DNA of 64,000 nt from a virus (Duplodnaviria > Heunggongvirae > Uroviricota > Caudoviricetes). The stretch is taken from the IMG/VR virus record IMGVR_UViG_3300042549_006728, one strand, 5' to 3'. The notes under the pieces are model-generated. The model was not told where the DNA came from, did not search any database, and worked only from the letters and a program-made list of their open reading frames with translations. The position numbers were made by a program, and so were the translations under genes. Shown piece by piece: positions 19,787-30,519 of the stretch. Within the stretch, counting starts at the first letter, position 1; each line of letters begins with the position of its first letter.

Positions 19787-21415
19787 TTATAGTAAACCAT
19801 CTTTAGTTTTTTCCGTAAATTCTAAAAAATCTTTTGCACTTTGTGCGTCTAATTTATCTTGATCAATAGTTAACATCACCAACCCATTACCAAACATTTC
19901 TATTGCAATATCTTTATTGAATTTTCTAATTGGGTTGTTAGACAAATTCAATAAGAATAAGTCTGTCAATTTTTCGTATCCAGTTAGAGGAGCTTCTTTA
20001 ATGTTATTATCTTTAGCAATGATAACATTTAATTTACTATCAATAGGTAAATGATTGATTGGTGGCAAGGATTCTAAACCACAACTATTAGCGGTAATTC
20101 TTTCTAAAGAAGAAAATTTAGATAAATCTGGTAACCTCTTCAACGATAGATTAGAAAAATCTAAAGCTTTAGTATTTTCAGTATCTAAATAATCTGTAAT
20201 AACTACCCCCTCAGTATTTTGCATTAACCATTGTAAGTATTTATTAGATTGTAATGGTCCAGTTGTTTGAGACGCTAATTTTTTAATGTTAACAACACCT
20301 TCACTATACGCTTCACCACTAACATGATCCTGAACTTTTCCACCAAACATATTTAAATACTTAATATAATGACTATCCATTAAACCAGTACCCTTTCTAA
20401 TGTCCATCTCAACTAGTTTACCTAGTTCCTTTTGGAAGAATGTTTTCATTCCTGAAAATCTATCAAGTACTTGTGTTAATTTTCCTGATCTTTCGATAGA
20501 AGAATTACCTTTATCATGTATTTGGTTAGACTCAAAATGAAATTGTAGTGGATATAAACCACCCTCATCATCTCCATCAAATAATTTTTTTGGCATTATC
20601 ACATAGTAATCAGATAAACTACCATCAGGTTTTGGGTTATTTCTCCTATATGAATCGAAATAACTATTACCTTCCCTTCTAGTACACCAAGATGCTAGTG
20701 GACCTAAAGGGTCACAACTAGATTCTATTGTTAACGGTGTATAGATTAAAACATCATTATCTCTATATGCTAATTTAGCTTCACCTAAGTCAACATATTT
20801 TTTTAATTTTTTCCATAATTTACTTTCGCCTTCTCCACCTTCCTCATCGTCTTCTGCACCTATAAATGGGCTCACTACCGAATATAAATGAGATAAATCA
20901 TTATATTGGTTGATATTTGTAACGTCTTGTGGTGCGTTAGGTCTATTAGGTGCCGATCTTTTAAATACTTTTTTATTTTTAACTGAATCAAATACAGTTA
21001 AAAATTCATTAGCCTCAGGTAAATCTTCACTTAAAAATCTAATTGCTTGTTCATTATCTCCCTCATTAATATGTCTCATAAATACTTGAATCATCCATTG
21101 AACATATTGTTTGTTTGGTGATGGATCCGCATCTACGATATCGTTAAAAATTTCTTCACTTAATTTAACTGATTGTTTTCCTTTTTTACTTTTTACTAAG
21201 TATGCAATATCAATACCATTGTGGTCCTCAATAGGTTCTATTTTAGGTTTGTTAGGGTCCATACCACCTGGTTTTCTAACATCATCCTTTTCGTCAGACC
21301 CCTCTACCGATGCATCCAACATCTTAGGGTCGATAACATTTTGTGTTTTCAAAAATTGAACTCTATCTTCTCTTAATAGAACTCTATATTGACTTTCTTT
21401 AATTATTATTTTCAT
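19787..21415 (-). CDS. Leader-bearing protein with C-terminal leucine-rich repeats
   Basis: MKIIIKESQYRVLLRE leader, central SWCT motif, and LRRs (LDFSNLSLKRLP, ITANSCGLESLP, LNLSNNPIRKF). Confidence 0.8.
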   Translation of the reverse strand: MKIIIKESQYRVLLREDRVQFLKTQNVIDPKMLDASVEGSDEKDDVRKPGGMDPNKPKIEPIEDHNGIDIAYLVKSKKGKQSVKLSEEIFNDIVDADPSPNKQYVQWMIQVFMRHINEGDNEQAIRFLSEDLPEANEFLTVFDSVKNKKVFKRSAPNRPNAPQDVTNINQYNDLSHLYSVVSPFIGAEDDEEGGEGESKLWKKLKKYVDLGEAKLAYRDNDVLIYTPLTIESSCDPLGPLASWCTRREGNSYFDSYRRNNPKPDGSLSDYYVIMPKKLFDGDDEGGLYPLQFHFESNQIHDKGNSSIERSGKLTQVLDRFSGMKTFFQKELGKLVEMDIRKGTGLMDSHYIKYLNMFGGKVQDHVSGEAYSEGVVNIKKLASQTTGPLQSNKYLQWLMQNTEGVVITDYLDTENTKALDFSNLSLKRLPDLSKFSSLERITANSCGLESLPPINHLPIDSKLNVIIAKDNNIKEAPLTGYEKLTDLFLLNLSNNPIRKFNKDIAIEMFGNGLVMLTIDQDKLDAQSAKDFLEFTEKTKDGLL

Positions 21416-21457
21416 AAAAATTTTATTTATTAATAAATATTAGATTTTTTTAAAAAA

Positions 21458-22312
21458 TTATTCTACCATATCGGATCTTACCCATCCGCTCGCATAATCA
21501 CCTACTTTTTTATCCAAAGTAACCTTATACCATTTTTTTCCTTCACCATCAGTTTTTTCTTCGGTAACCTTACCAATTTTACTGGGAGATGATATCTTAC
21601 TAATTCTATCACTATCTCTATTAGCTTTTACTCTAACATTCACATAACCATCACCACTTTTTTTAGGGTATACTACGGTACCTACTTTATTGGAACCACT
21701 ACTTTGTTTTTTTTCTACTGGTTTAGTTTCTTTTTTATTTGTAGGTACATAACTACCTGCAATATAATCGTGAATTCTTTTCGCTGATAACTTCCTTATA
21801 TCAATAGTACCTCCACAACCACCACATCTTTCTACTAATTCCGCAAATTTAACTGCCTTTTTTGGTATTGTGTCCGCTTTCATTGCCGAATTGAAGTTAT
21901 TAACTTCATATTCATCGGAAGATTTTATATCTTTAGGTAAATTAGGCATATGTTTACCATTACTTAATTTATACCCATCCACTAATTCTAGTTTTATGAA
22001 ATCTAATTGTGTATTCTCATTTGACCATTTAGATTCTTTATGTGTTGCAAAGTTAATTAATGCCTTTTTTCTATCACCTAACCACTGTATTAATCCTATT
22101 GCACCATTAGAGCTCTCTATTGTAGCATCAAATTGGGATTCTGCCCACATATTACCTGCTATTGCACAAGATTGATCCGCATTAAATCCTCTAGAATTAA
22201 GTTTTTTAACTATACTAACTGCCTTATTTAGGTATTCATCAGTTATAACCTCTTGTTTAGTTTCATTTAATAACACTCTCTTAAGTTGTGCTTCCGTTAT
22301 AATTATACGCAT
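21458..22312 (-). CDS. Phage tail-lysozyme-like muramidase with C-terminal SH3b domain
   Basis: GNMWAES...GAIGLIQW..DR...QLDF catalytic pattern; YVNVR...WYKV...GWV SH3b pattern; MRIIITEAQLKRVLLNE leader. Confidence 0.85.
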   Translation of the reverse strand: MRIIITEAQLKRVLLNETKQEVITDEYLNKAVSIVKKLNSRGFNADQSCAIAGNMWAESQFDATIESSNGAIGLIQWLGDRKKALINFATHKESKWSNENTQLDFIKLELVDGYKLSNGKHMPNLPKDIKSSDEYEVNNFNSAMKADTIPKKAVKFAELVERCGGCGGTIDIRKLSAKRIHDYIAGSYVPTNKKETKPVEKKQSSGSNKVGTVVYPKKSGDGYVNVRVKANRDSDRISKISSPSKIGKVTEEKTDGEGKKWYKVTLDKKVGDYASGWVRSDMVE

Positions 22313-22355
22313 TTCTAACTATTTATTATATAAATATAACAATATACTATCTTTT

Positions 22356-22763
22356 ATGAATAGACCCCTCAAAATTAAGAAAAAAATTATAAATAAAGAC
22401 AATATTTCTGAAAAAATAAAAAAAGAAATTAAAATTATTTGTAAAAAATACCCAAAAATCAAGCAAAAAATCAAAAATCTTAAAGATTTAGACAAAAAAT
22501 TGTATTATGCGATGGTTTGGGAGGTAACTGAGAGTCAGCCACTATATATTTTAGAGAATTCTGATAAAAGAGGGTGGAAAAGTTATCATTTGGATCACAT
22601 TTACCCAATTTCTATGGGGTTTAAAGAAAATATATCACCTGAAAAGATAGGAAACATCAAAAACCTACGTTTTATCCCTTTTGAGGAGAACATTAGGAAA
22701 GGATCTACTATCACAAGTGACTCATTGAAGTCCTTACGTAAAATAAAAAGGTTAATAAAATAA
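22356..22763 (+). CDS. HNH-family endonuclease-like protein
   Basis: YHLDHIYPIS...NL...EENIRKG. Confidence 0.7.
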   Translation: MNRPLKIKKKIINKDNISEKIKKEIKIICKKYPKIKQKIKNLKDLDKKLYYAMVWEVTESQPLYILENSDKRGWKSYHLDHIYPISMGFKENISPEKIGNIKNLRFIPFEENIRKGSTITSDSLKSLRKIKRLIK

Positions 22764-23531
22764 ATCTTTCTTAAAAATGTAATAATTATTCCTACCAAAA
22801 ATCTTTGCAAAATCAGACAGTTTTTCATTTTTTAGTATATCATATAATTTACTTTTACCTATGGTATCAACATACCATTCACATAAAGATTCTTTTGTCC
22901 AACCTAAACTTTGTAATGGATAGTGCCAATAACTAAGAAAATATGATTTTTCTCTATCTAAGGATTCAAATTCAACCATATTATCCTCAATAAACGACTC
23001 ATCTTCCATTTTTTCTTCTACTTCAGGTAGAATTTCATCCCACATACTTTCTTTGGTTATTATACCCCATCTATTTCGTTCATTAAGGACATTATCCCAA
23101 ACAAATTCAAAAAATTGTTCATTACAAGTAAAAAAATTATCTTCTAAAAATATACCGATATCATCTACATTAATTACATCGTAATAGACTTTCTTTTCTG
23201 TCTTATAATTTAATATATAATTAGAAACAATTCTAAGACAATAATCCTCACCGATACCCTCTGCTAATGGGTTATCACTAGAGTTACAAATTCTAGATAA
23301 CTCCATTGTACCGTCTTGACTGGGAAAATCATTTTTTATTCGATTTATATACTCATCGAAAGACCCAGGCCATTTATTTTCTTCCATCCATTCATAACCA
23401 TATCTCTCTAAAGCGTAGTTATAAACGGTATTATGTCTTAATTGTAGTATTGCTTTCGCACCTCTATCGTGAAGATATCTTTTTTCTTCTTCTTTTAGTA
23501 TAAGTTTGATATTTTTTCTATCATTAAACAT
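22752..23531 (-). CDS. Hypothetical protein with IKLILKEE leader
   Basis: 259 aa ORF. Confidence 0.7.
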   Translation of the reverse strand: MFNDRKNIKLILKEEEKRYLHDRGAKAILQLRHNTVYNYALERYGYEWMEENKWPGSFDEYINRIKNDFPSQDGTMELSRICNSSDNPLAEGIGEDYCLRIVSNYILNYKTEKKVYYDVINVDDIGIFLEDNFFTCNEQFFEFVWDNVLNERNRWGIITKESMWDEILPEVEEKMEDESFIEDNMVEFESLDREKSYFLSYWHYPLQSLGWTKESLCEWYVDTIGKSKLYDILKNEKLSDFAKIFGRNNYYIFKKDLFY

Positions 23532-23718
23532 TAAAAAGTTTCTTAGCCTTCTCGACTACATCCAATTTCTGAGCTTCTAATAGAGATAATTTACTTTTTT
23601 GCTCTTTATTTAATTCCATTCCTGCGGCTTCTGATTTGATATCCGCAATTTGCCCATCTAATTTATCGTGAGTTAGTAATAGGGTGTGATACATTTGTGC
23701 TTTTTGATCGTTATGCAT
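23524..23718 (-). CDS. Small coiled-coil protein
   Basis: 64 aa; overlaps the next start codon. Confidence 0.6.
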   Translation of the reverse strand: MHNDQKAQMYHTLLLTHDKLDGQIADIKSEAAGMELNKEQKSKLSLLEAQKLDVVEKAKKLFNV

Positions 23719-23744
23719 AATTTTAATTTTTAAAACTTTATTAT

Positions 23745-24254
23745 TTAATTAAATCCTAGTCTGTTTCTAAACCTTCTATGAATTTGTTGGAATAAAATAG
23801 CTAATGGTTCCATTAAAGTACTCAACTTATCTATTTCTTCTATTATTATTTGAGATAATTCATTTTTAGTCATATCTAATCCTAAACCTAACCCATCTTT
23901 ATATATTAATCTTAACTTATTTTGGAACATTTGTAAAGCTTTTCTATAGTTTAGAATTGATTCTTTGTAATCAACATCAATGTATATCTCATCAATTAAT
24001 GTATCTATTATATGTAAGTCGTTTTCTACTTTATATGACATATTTTGAGTAAACGCTAAATAATTTTCTTTACTAAGGTTACCTTCTCTTGCTTCATTTA
24101 AAAAATTGGCTAATATATTAGTAGTTTCAGTAAATATAATTAATAACTTAGATTGTATCTCACCAGCATGTTGACTCATAAGTTCTGTATCGTCATACCC
24201 ACCTATCTCATTCATCAACCTCTTCAACTGACTCTCTTTAATTATAATTTTCAT
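23745..24254 (-). CDS. Helical protein with MKIIIKESQLKRLMNE leader
   Basis: 169 aa; ATATTTAT motif at 24268-24275. Confidence 0.75.
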   Translation of the reverse strand: MKIIIKESQLKRLMNEIGGYDDTELMSQHAGEIQSKLLIIFTETTNILANFLNEAREGNLSKENYLAFTQNMSYKVENDLHIIDTLIDEIYIDVDYKESILNYRKALQMFQNKLRLIYKDGLGLGLDMTKNELSQIIIEEIDKLSTLMEPLAILFQQIHRRFRNRLGFN

Positions 24255-24343
24255 ATTATATTTCTAAATAAATATCATTTTTTTACTTAAAATATTTTGA
24301 TATTAAATATTTTTTATTATATTTGTATTATAAAACAAACAAA

Positions 24344-24841
24344 ATGAAAACTATTTTAATTTTACTATCTTCTTTAACTTTAACATTTGTAAGTTATTCG
24401 CAAAAAAAGTCTCTTTTTGAATGGCCGATTGCAGATGAAACAATTGATATTAATGAAGCAAAAAAACAAGGTTTTGCAATGTCATTTAGTCAACCAAGTT
24501 ATTATGTATATAAGGAAAAAGTTAATATCAAAAAATCTCTGTGTGGTTTGGACATGTATATGAATTCAGGTGAGACTAACGATCAGTATTATTACTTCTT
24601 TGATATTAAAAATAAAAAAATCACCGTAGTACAAAACAGGAATATGGTTTATACACTCAATTTCTCAAAGGTAAGTGTTAAAAATAATGTATTAGTTTTT
24701 AAAATTAAAGAAGATGATAAGTCCGTTAGTATATTTGTTGATTTGAATAATCATATTTTTAAATATACGGAGTATTTTGAATCAATAAATATGTCAGATG
24801 TTAGTGTTTGTGGAGATGTATATTTTTATCCAAAAAAATAA
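24344..24841 (+). CDS. Secreted hypothetical protein
   Basis: Bacteroidota-style signal peptide MKTILILL...SYS|Q; TATATTTG promoter at 24318. Confidence 0.7.
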   Translation: MKTILILLSSLTLTFVSYSQKKSLFEWPIADETIDINEAKKQGFAMSFSQPSYYVYKEKVNIKKSLCGLDMYMNSGETNDQYYYFFDIKNKKITVVQNRNMVYTLNFSKVSVKNNVLVFKIKEDDKSVSIFVDLNNHIFKYTEYFESINMSDVSVCGDVYFYPKK

Positions 24842-24850
24842 ACCCGATGA

Positions 24851-25027
24851 CTATTCATCGGGGTTTTCTACCTCACTTATCTCTAAATCCCTATCCTTTA
24901 ATTTATCCATCTCCTGTGTAAAGTATTCTTTAAATTTTTTCTGAATAAAATTTTGTTCTGTTTTAATTCTTTGAGTTCTAGCGTTAGCTTTTTGTTTTTG
25001 ATTTTTTCTGTGTTTACTCTTTGGCAT
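24851..25027 (-). CDS. 58 aa basic peptide (MPKSKHRKNQKQK...)
   Basis: Manual translation; ATATTTAT motif at 25052-25059. Confidence 0.55.
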   Translation of the reverse strand: MPKSKHRKNQKQKANARTQRIKTEQNFIQKKFKEYFTQEMDKLKDRDLEISEVENPDE

Positions 25028-25089
25028 AATATCATTAATTTATATCTAATGATAAATATTTTTTATTGAAATGTCAAATATTTATTAAT

Positions 25090-25491
25090 ATGAAATTATT
25101 GGATTTAATATTAGAAGATGTATCAGTACCATTCCCAAATCAAATGGTGATAGAGATAGAGAACGATTTAAGGGATAGAATTAAGGTAGATTGTGAATTA
25201 CCTAAAAGTGAGGAAGAAAAGTCAACTGGGTTAATGTATAGAGATAATCTATGTGATTACTGTGGAGTTTTTTATGATTATGTCAGTGGTGGTTTTTGGA
25301 TGAAGAATGTTAAATTCCCTATAGAAATGATTTTTATAGATGACGATACCATCGTAGAAATTAAAAGAGCGTTACCTAATGACGAAACTATCATTAGTCC
25401 GTCAGTTAATTCTAATGGTAATTTAGAAGTAAATGATGGATTCTGTAAAACTAATAATATCTCTATAGGTAATAAAATCTATAGATCGTAA
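25090..25491 (+). CDS. DUF192-family protein
   Basis: GLMYR...FWMKNVKFPIEMIFI...LEVN.G; starts MKLLDLILE after ATATTTAT at 25078. Confidence 0.8.
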   Translation: MKLLDLILEDVSVPFPNQMVIEIENDLRDRIKVDCELPKSEEEKSTGLMYRDNLCDYCGVFYDYVSGGFWMKNVKFPIEMIFIDDDTIVEIKRALPNDETIISPSVNSNGNLEVNDGFCKTNNISIGNKIYRS

Positions 25492-26474
25492 ATTTCAGGA
25501 TTCTCCTTACCAAACTTTCTAATTAAAGTACCTGCCTTTGCATTGGCTTCATCTTCCCAAGGGGAACCTTCTTCACCCTCTTCAGGTTTTCCTTCTAAAT
25601 CCCCCCTATCGTTTTGTTGGTGATGTACCATTTCATGTGCGATAGATCTTATTATATCAGGTATTGCTCTATTTTTTGATAATACTTTTATCGTTTTATC
25701 CCCCATATCATAGTTCGCTAATGTCTCGATACCCTCTTTTTTATCTGTTAAAATTACTTTAAAATCATCTGGTAATGATAAATAGTTTTTACCAAAATCA
25801 ATAAAATTGTCAATTATACTTTCGGTTATTAAATTATTTTCTTTAAGTAGACTATCTACCTTCTCAGGTATTCTTTCGAGAATTAACTCAAGAATATCAT
25901 ACATATGGTTACTACTTTCTACACCATAACTCTCAATAAACCTCATTATATGAATTCTGTTATTGGGGTTGTTTATGTATGGTGTATCATATTTCCTTTT
26001 AAATGGGCTCCAATATAAAGGAAATGAAAATTTATTATCTTTAGTTTTAACTAGTATGTCTGGATGAGTTAAAAACCAAACCTCCCTTTCGTCATCCCAC
26101 CCTAAATCACCCGTATCAACCATATCACCTAACCAATCATAACCTACTTCATAATGCCACTCATCACTACTAAGATAATTTTCTGGGTTATTACCATTAT
26201 CTTTATGATAATAATAATCTTCACCTTCTTCCTCATCATATATGTGAACCCATCCGTATTTACCAAATAGTTCGGGATTAGTTATTAATTGATCATATTC
26301 ATCAGTTAATATACTTAAATCCAACATTTCACTAATAGAATCAAAAGATCCTTCTGGAATGTCGTCTTTTAAGACTAAACTATCTAAAAAATTATTAACT
26401 ATATAATCTAAAAACCTTTCGATATTTTGGTTTTTTGTTTCTTCTTTTAATATATGTCTAATTATTCTTTTCAT
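25479..26474 (-). CDS. Leader-bearing protein with C-terminal zincin-like (HExxH) domain
   Basis: MKRIIRHILKEE leader, internal LITES linker, then IAHEMVHHQQ...WEDEA. Confidence 0.75.
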   Translation of the reverse strand: MKRIIRHILKEETKNQNIERFLDYIVNNFLDSLVLKDDIPEGSFDSISEMLDLSILTDEYDQLITNPELFGKYGWVHIYDEEEGEDYYYHKDNGNNPENYLSSDEWHYEVGYDWLGDMVDTGDLGWDDEREVWFLTHPDILVKTKDNKFSFPLYWSPFKRKYDTPYINNPNNRIHIMRFIESYGVESSNHMYDILELILERIPEKVDSLLKENNLITESIIDNFIDFGKNYLSLPDDFKVILTDKKEGIETLANYDMGDKTIKVLSKNRAIPDIIRSIAHEMVHHQQNDRGDLEGKPEEGEEGSPWEDEANAKAGTLIRKFGKENPEIYDL

Positions 26475-26475
26475 A

Positions 26476-26934
26476 TTAGAATCCTTTAATTTTTAAATTT
26501 AAATACTTATTATTCTCGTTTTGAATAACATCGTATTTATCAATACCCCTTATCAAATTTAGTTTTCTACCGTTTTCCCAATGTACAATTAAATGATCTT
26601 CTTTGAACATCAATAGTGAATTTATATCAATAATTTTACCTTTAGTACCTTTTTCTATAGGATCAGGATCATCTGGCATTTCTATAAGAACGACAGTATC
26701 ACCAAATAATGCCTCATCCCCATTACCATAATTTTTTCTAATCCAAGATTCTATTAAGTATGAGTATTCATCACTCCCTTTTTCTATACCGTAATTAGAT
26801 ACTAAATCATCGTCAATATTATATTTTATAACCTTTTCAATATCAGAAAATAAATCAAAACTGAAAATAGTTTCTTTATTATAATCATTGTTTAAAAAAT
26901 TCAATATTCTATCAATATACGATTTTCTTTTCAT
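26476..26934 (-). CDS. Protein with C-terminal DUF4314-like domain
   Basis: GDTVVLIEMPDDPDPI..GTKG.I..I...VHWENG..L.LI..D. Confidence 0.7.
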   Translation of the reverse strand: MKRKSYIDRILNFLNNDYNKETIFSFDLFSDIEKVIKYNIDDDLVSNYGIEKGSDEYSYLIESWIRKNYGNGDEALFGDTVVLIEMPDDPDPIEKGTKGKIIDINSLLMFKEDHLIVHWENGRKLNLIRGIDKYDVIQNENNKYLNLKIKGF

Positions 26935-26935
26935 A

Positions 26936-27577
26936 TTAAATAGGATTATATTCACCCATTTTAAATGGTTCTAAAATAGGATTAATTGCGTGTAACGAGT
27001 AACTACCATCTGGACGATATTCTGCATAAACAAATTCTGCCCCTAATACTTTATTTTGCCCATCGGCAGTATGAAAATAATCTGAAATAAACGGATTGTA
27101 TTTTATTTCTTCCGCCATACCTTTTAATGTAATTGGATCATCTGGTAACTCCTGCACTATACCACCAACACCAACTACTTGCTCTCTAGATGACATTTCA
27201 CCTTCATCTCTAGTAGTTCTCATAATTTTATGATACCCCAAACTAATATCAAAATTAATATCCCCACCCAAAAGAATGTCATTGGTATAACCAATAATTC
27301 CTGCAGTTTGGTTTTTCCTTCCTGTTTTGGTTCTACCATAAACACCAAAGGCACCATTTTTATTATGTTTAATATTATGTCTGTTAGTGTGGAACCATAT
27401 TTCTTTACCTACTAGTTCAGGTGATCCACCTTCTAAATAACCGTGTTGTGCCTTTGACGCAATAACTGGATCTGACATTCCTGAGTGCCAAGGTGGTGTT
27501 TCATTTAGTAATCTATCTCTCATCTCCATTAATAGATTTACCTTCCCTATGTTAATTCTTTTATCTTTAGTTCTCAT
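26936..27577 (-). CDS. Hypothetical protein
   Basis: 213 aa; ATATTTAT at 27583; LLNE near residue 26. Confidence 0.7.
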   Translation of the reverse strand: MRTKDKRINIGKVNLLMEMRDRLLNETPPWHSGMSDPVIASKAQHGYLEGGSPELVGKEIWFHTNRHNIKHNKNGAFGVYGRTKTGRKNQTAGIIGYTNDILLGGDINFDISLGYHKIMRTTRDEGEMSSREQVVGVGGIVQELPDDPITLKGMAEEIKYNPFISDYFHTADGQNKVLGAEFVYAEYRPDGSYSLHAINPILEPFKMGEYNPI

Positions 27578-27602
27578 ATAATATAAATATCACTTATTTT
27601 AT

Positions 27603-28532
27603 TCAGTAAGACAATTTATCAAGTAAAGTTTCGTTAAACTGATTCCAGTCTATGTCTCCATTACCACCATATCTGAAATGTCTATCTTCATTTATTCTTA
27701 TTTTTTCATCTGGTAATATTGGGTTATCTCCTCCCCCATAATAATTCTCTTGTTCTGCGATCTTCCATAAAATTTCCTCGGGTAATGCGTAACCTGATTC
27801 TATTTCATCCATTAAAACTTCCCCAAAATACGAATTATCTACTAATTCACCTAACTCTATTTCACCTTCGTATTGTAATTCATCATAGTTTTTACCTTGG
27901 CTATCTACTTTATTTGTTAGTTTACCGTTAAATCTACTCAAATAATCATTTATCGCATCTAAGATATCTGAATGTAATGAGTTGATATCTGCACTGTGCT
28001 GAGCATCTCCTGCAGCACAACCAATATCACTACCATACTCTGATTCTATAAACTCCTTAAAATCTTCTTCGTTTTCTTCACCATCTAAATTCTCTAAATA
28101 TTTTTCTTTTAATATTTTCATATTATTTTGATCAATTTTATCTATCAACCAATCATCAACATCAAAACATTCATAGTCATACCCATAATCGTAATCCCCT
28201 TCTAAAAAATTTTTCACAATTGTCTGTATACCATACTCACCGTCATTAAAAAATTCTGAAATCTCATTTGCGGTATATATAACAGGTATATAGTAAGGTG
28301 TCCTATTCTTATATTCAGTTAAATATTTATAAATGACATTAAATTCTTTCTCCGTTGATCCAAGATCTAAATCTTTTAGGGTGTTTTTCATAAATTTTTC
28401 TGGATCAGAATCAAATATCTTAAATAATTTATTATAAACATTTTCAGGAAATAATTCCCCAAATTTATCAATGTCCTCATCCGTAGAGTCATCACCAAAC
28501 TCTAATAATATTTTTCTAATTGTACCCTTCAT
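27603..28532 (-). CDS. Acidic hypothetical protein with MKGTIRKILLE leader
   Basis: 309 aa ORF. Confidence 0.75.
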   Translation of the reverse strand: MKGTIRKILLEFGDDSTDEDIDKFGELFPENVYNKLFKIFDSDPEKFMKNTLKDLDLGSTEKEFNVIYKYLTEYKNRTPYYIPVIYTANEISEFFNDGEYGIQTIVKNFLEGDYDYGYDYECFDVDDWLIDKIDQNNMKILKEKYLENLDGEENEEDFKEFIESEYGSDIGCAAGDAQHSADINSLHSDILDAINDYLSRFNGKLTNKVDSQGKNYDELQYEGEIELGELVDNSYFGEVLMDEIESGYALPEEILWKIAEQENYYGGGDNPILPDEKIRINEDRHFRYGGNGDIDWNQFNETLLDKLSY

Positions 28533-29097
28533 TATATTCTATTTTTTCTATTAATCCATCTTGCATATATAGATAATCTTCATCAGTTAAATGATCCTCA
28601 AAACTTAATTTTGTATCATCATGTGCGTCATAACTATATAATCCATACCATTTTATGAATTCCATAAAATCCCCAACTTTCCTTATATCTAATTTTCTTT
28701 GTATTTCTCCACTATGTTTAGTCATATCAATAATAAAAGGTTGTTCAGTATATGAAAAAAAATCTTCGTATACTATTTCTGGTATATAATCAATAAAATT
28801 ATCTTTTTTCAGATTAAATGAGACTAAATCATAAACTTTCTCCGCATCAGTAACGGATAACCCAAAAGAATGTTGTATATGTTCTACAATTCTTTCTGCA
28901 AATATATTTTTTTTAGATAATTGAATATATAAACCACTTCTACTATCTGGAATTATTGGTTTACCGTCTAAATCAATAATAGTTGTTCTTACTTTTCCGT
29001 TCTCCAAAAAAAAATCATCCTTAATCATATTATAAATTCTCTTTATAATACCTTCTTGAGCAAATTCATTTAATATCTTCTTTATTTTGAAATTCAT
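28516..29097 (-). CDS. Hypothetical protein with IKKILNE leader
   Basis: 193 aa; ATATTTAT at 29113. Confidence 0.7.
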   Translation of the reverse strand: MNFKIKKILNEFAQEGIIKRIYNMIKDDFFLENGKVRTTIIDLDGKPIIPDSRSGLYIQLSKKNIFAERIVEHIQHSFGLSVTDAEKVYDLVSFNLKKDNFIDYIPEIVYEDFFSYTEQPFIIDMTKHSGEIQRKLDIRKVGDFMEFIKWYGLYSYDAHDDTKLSFEDHLTDEDYLYMQDGLIEKIEYNEGYN

Positions 29098-29156
29098 TCT
29101 TATTATTTTTATATAAATATACTTAAATTATAATAAAATATTTCTATATTTGTAGA

Positions 29157-29426
29157 ATGGAAAGAAAAAAAGTGAAAACTGAAACCATCAAAAACGATGA
29201 CTTCAAAAAAAGAGAGGTTGTGGAAGAGAAAAAAACCATCATTAAAAGTGTTTCTAATGACAGTAAAGTAAAATGGGAGAAGGTTAAAGGTGTTAGTGGG
29301 AAAATAATTAGATATAAAGTGGGAGATGTTACCAGAAAAGAAGAGTTATCTAAAAAAAAATACCGTCAACTTTATGTGGGGGTTGACGGTAATGATATTT
29401 ATTTTTATTATGAAATTATAGAATAA
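29157..29426 (+). CDS. Small basic hypothetical protein
   Basis: 89 aa; TATATTTG at 29145. Confidence 0.6.
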   Translation: MERKKVKTETIKNDDFKKREVVEEKKTIIKSVSNDSKVKWEKVKGVSGKIIRYKVGDVTRKEELSKKKYRQLYVGVDGNDIYFYYEIIE

Positions 29427-29428
29427 TG

Positions 29429-29824
29429 TTATCTATTTCTCTCTCTTTCAGAAGTTATAGAGTTTTCTAAATCTTCCATTATTATATCATTTGTATCAAT
29501 TACCATTTGATATGCTTCTAATGCGTCTACAATATGTTTAGATAATCTTTCAAAAGAAACATTAGTCATATTAGATCTATTAGATTTGTCCATTATCTTT
29601 TCTAGTTCATACATTGTTTCCTCCATCTCTTCATTTAAGTCTTTAATCGATCCTGTCAATTCGTATACATATTTAGTATAATTATATCCTGTCCCTTTAA
29701 ACATACCACCGATACCCTTAATTGATGATATTAAACCTTCATTAGTGTTTTCACTATTTTCTACTATTCTTTTTAATTCAGTATTAGAAAGTTCTATAAC
29801 CTTACCATTTTTTTTGATTTTCAT
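29429..29824 (-). CDS. Helical protein with leader-like N-terminus
   Basis: 131 aa; VIELSNTELKRIVE; ATATTTAT at 29840. Confidence 0.7.
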   Translation of the reverse strand: MKIKKNGKVIELSNTELKRIVENSENTNEGLISSIKGIGGMFKGTGYNYTKYVYELTGSIKDLNEEMEETMYELEKIMDKSNRSNMTNVSFERLSKHIVDALEAYQMVIDTNDIIMEDLENSITSERERNR

Positions 29825-29915
29825 AACCTATTTTATTTAATAAATATATTCTTATTAAGAAAAATTTTTTTTATTAATAAATTTTTCGTATATTTGTATT
29901 ATAAATTAATTGACT

Positions 29916-30320
29916 ATGATTTTTAAGTACACACAACCTAAAGGTGAGAAAGACATTAAATGTAATGGTGATTGTATGGTTAGAGCAGTAACTAATATCA
30001 CTAAAGAAGATTATAATAAAGTACATAAAATTATGTATGGTCACGGGTGGAGAGCTTCTAGAGGTTCGTCTAAAGGTAAATGGGAGGAACAAATTACTAA
30101 AACTCTTGATGAATTAGGATTTAAATTTAAAAGAATTTCCTTTCCTGGTGTGAAAGGACAAAATAGAATGACAGGTAGAGAACTGTCTATGTTGAACCCT
30201 AACAGTAGGTATATTATTAGAGTATCGAAACATGTGTCTGTATTGGATTGTGGTAAACTATTAGACACTTGGGATTGTTCTGATAAGTGTGTCTACTTTG
30301 TGTGGGAAATTATCAATTAG
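29916..30320 (+). CDS. Phage protein with GDCMVRA...H...DTWDC motif (possible papain-like fold)
   Basis: Cys/His/Asp spacing; host-type promoter at 29889. Confidence 0.6.
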   Translation: MIFKYTQPKGEKDIKCNGDCMVRAVTNITKEDYNKVHKIMYGHGWRASRGSSKGKWEEQITKTLDELGFKFKRISFPGVKGQNRMTGRELSMLNPNSRYIIRVSKHVSVLDCGKLLDTWDCSDKCVYFVWEIIN

Positions 30321-30324
30321 AGGT

Positions 30325-30519
30325 ATGGAAAATAAAATAGTTAAATGTTGTAAAGAATGTCCTTGGGATATTAGGAATAAAAATAATGACTCAATAGTAG
30401 AACATTCTAAAAAATGGAAGAAGAAACATAATTGTCATATGTTGATAAAAGGTAGGGAATACAAACTTTGGGATGATTTCCCAAAGTTCCAGTGTATAGG
30501 GAACAAATCTATTTTTTAG
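30325..30519 (+). CDS. Small Cys/His-rich protein
   Basis: CCKECPW...HNCH...C; directly follows the previous stop. Confidence 0.55.
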   Translation: MENKIVKCCKECPWDIRNKNNDSIVEHSKKWKKKHNCHMLIKGREYKLWDDFPKFQCIGNKSIF

